A stretch of DNA of 64,000 bases from Cyanophora paradoxa CCMP329. Taxonomy: Eukaryota; Plantae; Glaucophyta. The position numbers and the translations under genes are program-made. Position 1 is the first letter of the stretch, and each line of letters starts with the position of its first letter. Below the pieces are notes generated by a model that was given only the letters and a program-made list of their open reading frames with translations, did no database searches and was not told where the DNA came from. The stretch spans positions 496,001 to 560,000 of the forward strand of contig QPMI01000005.1 of assembly GCA_004431415.1 (NCBI GenBank). The letters are read 5' to 3'. Below, piece by piece: positions 61,989-64,000 of the stretch.

Positions 61989-63871
61989 ATGGCCCAGGAG
62001 CGACCAGCGAAGCGCAGCCGCAAGGAGGAACCCTCCAGCAGCGCGGTTCCCTCGGAGGCGGTCAGCGGGCAGCAGGATTCGAATCCGTTCGCGCGCCTGC
62101 CGGACGCGCTGGTGCAGCAGATCTTCAGCAACCTCGATGCCGGGAAGGCGTACGAGGAATCGAAGCTCTGGGCGGTAGATCGGCGGTTCCGGCAGCTGCT
62201 GCCTGGCGTGCTCTGGAAGAGCCTGACTCTGGATGTTGATCGTAAAACCCGCGCCGGCAGCTTAGACCCGGTACAGCGATCGGAAAGCTTTCAGAAGCAG
62301 CTGCAGCGCTTCACGAACCGCCTACAGCGCCGTCAATTGCTCGGCGTGCAGTTCCTGGCCTTCCAATCCGTGCTGCCAACAGAGCTCTTGCACGGCCTCC
62401 TGTCCAACGACACTGAAGAAGATTGCGATAGGAGAAGGATGGAGCACGGTCGCCGTGTTACGAAGTGCATGACCGGTGCGCACGCGCGCCGCTTGAATTC
62501 GATCCGTCGGCCTGAAACCACTCAATTCGCCCGCGCAGGATTGTTCGCCGCTGCCGCAACTGCGGCGGCTCCTGTCAAATCCGTCCGTTTCGGATCTGAC
62601 TGGCATTGGTGGCTCTCGGCCGGCCGGCAGCGCGAGCTGAGTCCCCTGCCTGTGCTCTCCCTGAAGCACGTGGCGTCCTCGTTCCTGGTGGCCCTCTCGC
62701 CAGCATCTCTGAATTCAATAAATCTTCCTTGCTCGAACTTCTCAGAGGTGGTTGCCTCCGTCGCGAAACCCGGTCCGCACCTGTCTGTGCATGCGGCGCT
62801 TTGTCATTCCGCTTGTTCACATCGCGTCCAGGATGTGTGCCAGCGCTCAGGGAGCTCAGAGCTTATCATCAGAGCGACTCCAGCTGCGACGATTCGGAGC
62901 AATTGTCGAGGCAGAGCGTTGTGCGTTTCTTCAGCTTCTCACGCAATCGCGCTCTGATGTTCTGACCGCCACGCAGGCCAGCGTGATTGCGGCGTTCTCG
63001 GAGCTGCGCTCGTTGCGAGTCAAGGTCCAGGACGGCGCAGCCCTGCAGGAGCTCGCCGGCTGCGCGCACCTGGAGGAGCTCGAAGTGTCCATCAAATCGG
63101 GCGACGAGCACGCCGCGGACGCGCTCGCCGCCATCGCGGCGGGCCCCTCCGCCGCGAAGCTGCGCAAGCTCCACCTGAGCGCTGTCGATACTCTTGCTCC
63201 TTTCCGCCCTGAGTGCCTCGCGTCCGTGCTGCGCTTCACCTCTCTCGAAGCGCTTTTCATCCCGGTCCGTGCCCCATGGCTGTTCCTTTGCCTTCTTTCG
63301 GCTCACCGGATTTCCCGCGCAGGTCAGGCCGGACTGGGCCAACGTCCTGCCGGCCCTGGGCTGCCTGGCGCAGCTTAAGAACCTGAAGCTGCTGTTGGAT
63401 GTCTCTGGGGCAGCCGACGGCGGCGCGGGCCTTCTGCGCGCCGGCGCGGCACTGCTTGGCAGCCGGGCAGGGCAGGGGCTCGAGGAGTGCAGGATGCGCA
63501 TCCGCGCCAACAAGCGAACCCTCTGCTATGACGTCGCGGCTCTGGGCGAGCTTTTCGGGGCAGTCCTCCGCTCTGCTTCCACTGTCGATTTTCAGCTAGA
63601 CCGCGCTTTCCCTGCTGAAGTTCTTGCATCGGTAGCCTCCTGTGGCCCACGGCTCCGCAGGCTTTCTATTTCGAGTAAGCTGCCTCCGGGCAATGATGCC
63701 ATGTGCAAGCTCGCCCCTTTTCGCGAGCTGCTAGCCCTTTCTCCAGAGAACCACCCGGGGCTCTCCGTTTTCTGCAAGGTAACATTGCCGGCGGAGCTGC
63801 TAGATTATGCTGAGCAGATTCTTAAAAGCTGGTTTAGCAACTCTGAGGTAGTGAAGTTCACAGTTCTTTGA
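61989..63871 (+). CDS. F-box / LRR protein, copy 2 (paralog of 57806-59683)
   Basis: Same N-terminus (MAQERPAKRSRKEEP...NPFARLPDALVQQIF), LRRs and intron positions as copy 1. Confidence 0.85.
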
Positions 63872-63972
63872 AACCTTGTGTGAAGTGAAGCGGTGTCACT
63901 TCGAATCTTTGAAATCAAACAACGAACCGCTCCGCCCGGAATCGCTTGCGGAATACTCCTAATTGCGCGGCT

Positions 63973-64000
63973 GGGATGGGAGAGGAGCGGGCGCGCATCA
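63973..64000 (-). other. Sequence matching the 3' tail of the KAT14-like copy; probably another copy, truncated by the window edge
   Basis: GGGATGGGAGAGGAGCGGGCGCGCATCA is identical to 59841-59868 and follows the F-box gene in the same relative position. Confidence 0.7.

Noticed and set aside
1-64000. Hundreds of long Arg/Pro/Gly/Ala-rich ORFs in the supplied track
   Set aside because: Expected from high GC content. The real genes are spliced and only partly overlap these ORFs.

Overview
Eukaryotic, very GC-rich, intron-dense genomic DNA. The style resembles algal genomes such as the glaucophyte Cyanophora, but that is an unverified impression. The supplied ORF track is mostly spurious because the genes are split by many short introns with donor consensus G(T/C)(G/C)CG. 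Left arm (1-16.1 kb): end of an RNFT-like RING gene, a DUF4062-NACHT-TPR (NPHP3-like) gene, a CRIPT-like Cys-rich gene, ADA2 and a calpain. Middle (16.2-33.8 kb): a gene-free repeat island with a ~365-bp and a ~340-bp tandem repeat, a hAT MITE with an 8-bp TSD, and a 14-kb head-to-tail array of a non-autonomous Helitron-like element carrying ~150-bp internal repeats. Right arm: a ~20-kb gene for a giant adhesion-type membrane protein, a hypothetical gene, and a duplicated cassette of an F-box/LRR gene plus a KAT14-like GNAT gene with an in-frame TGA at a conserved Cys. The strongest unexplained signal is a pervasive 6-bp indel signature, XYZ -> XYZ-revcomp(XYZ)-XYZ. It is visible as at least 16 differences between repeat copies and is dense in non-coding DNA. 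A very high rate of GC-AG introns is the second.
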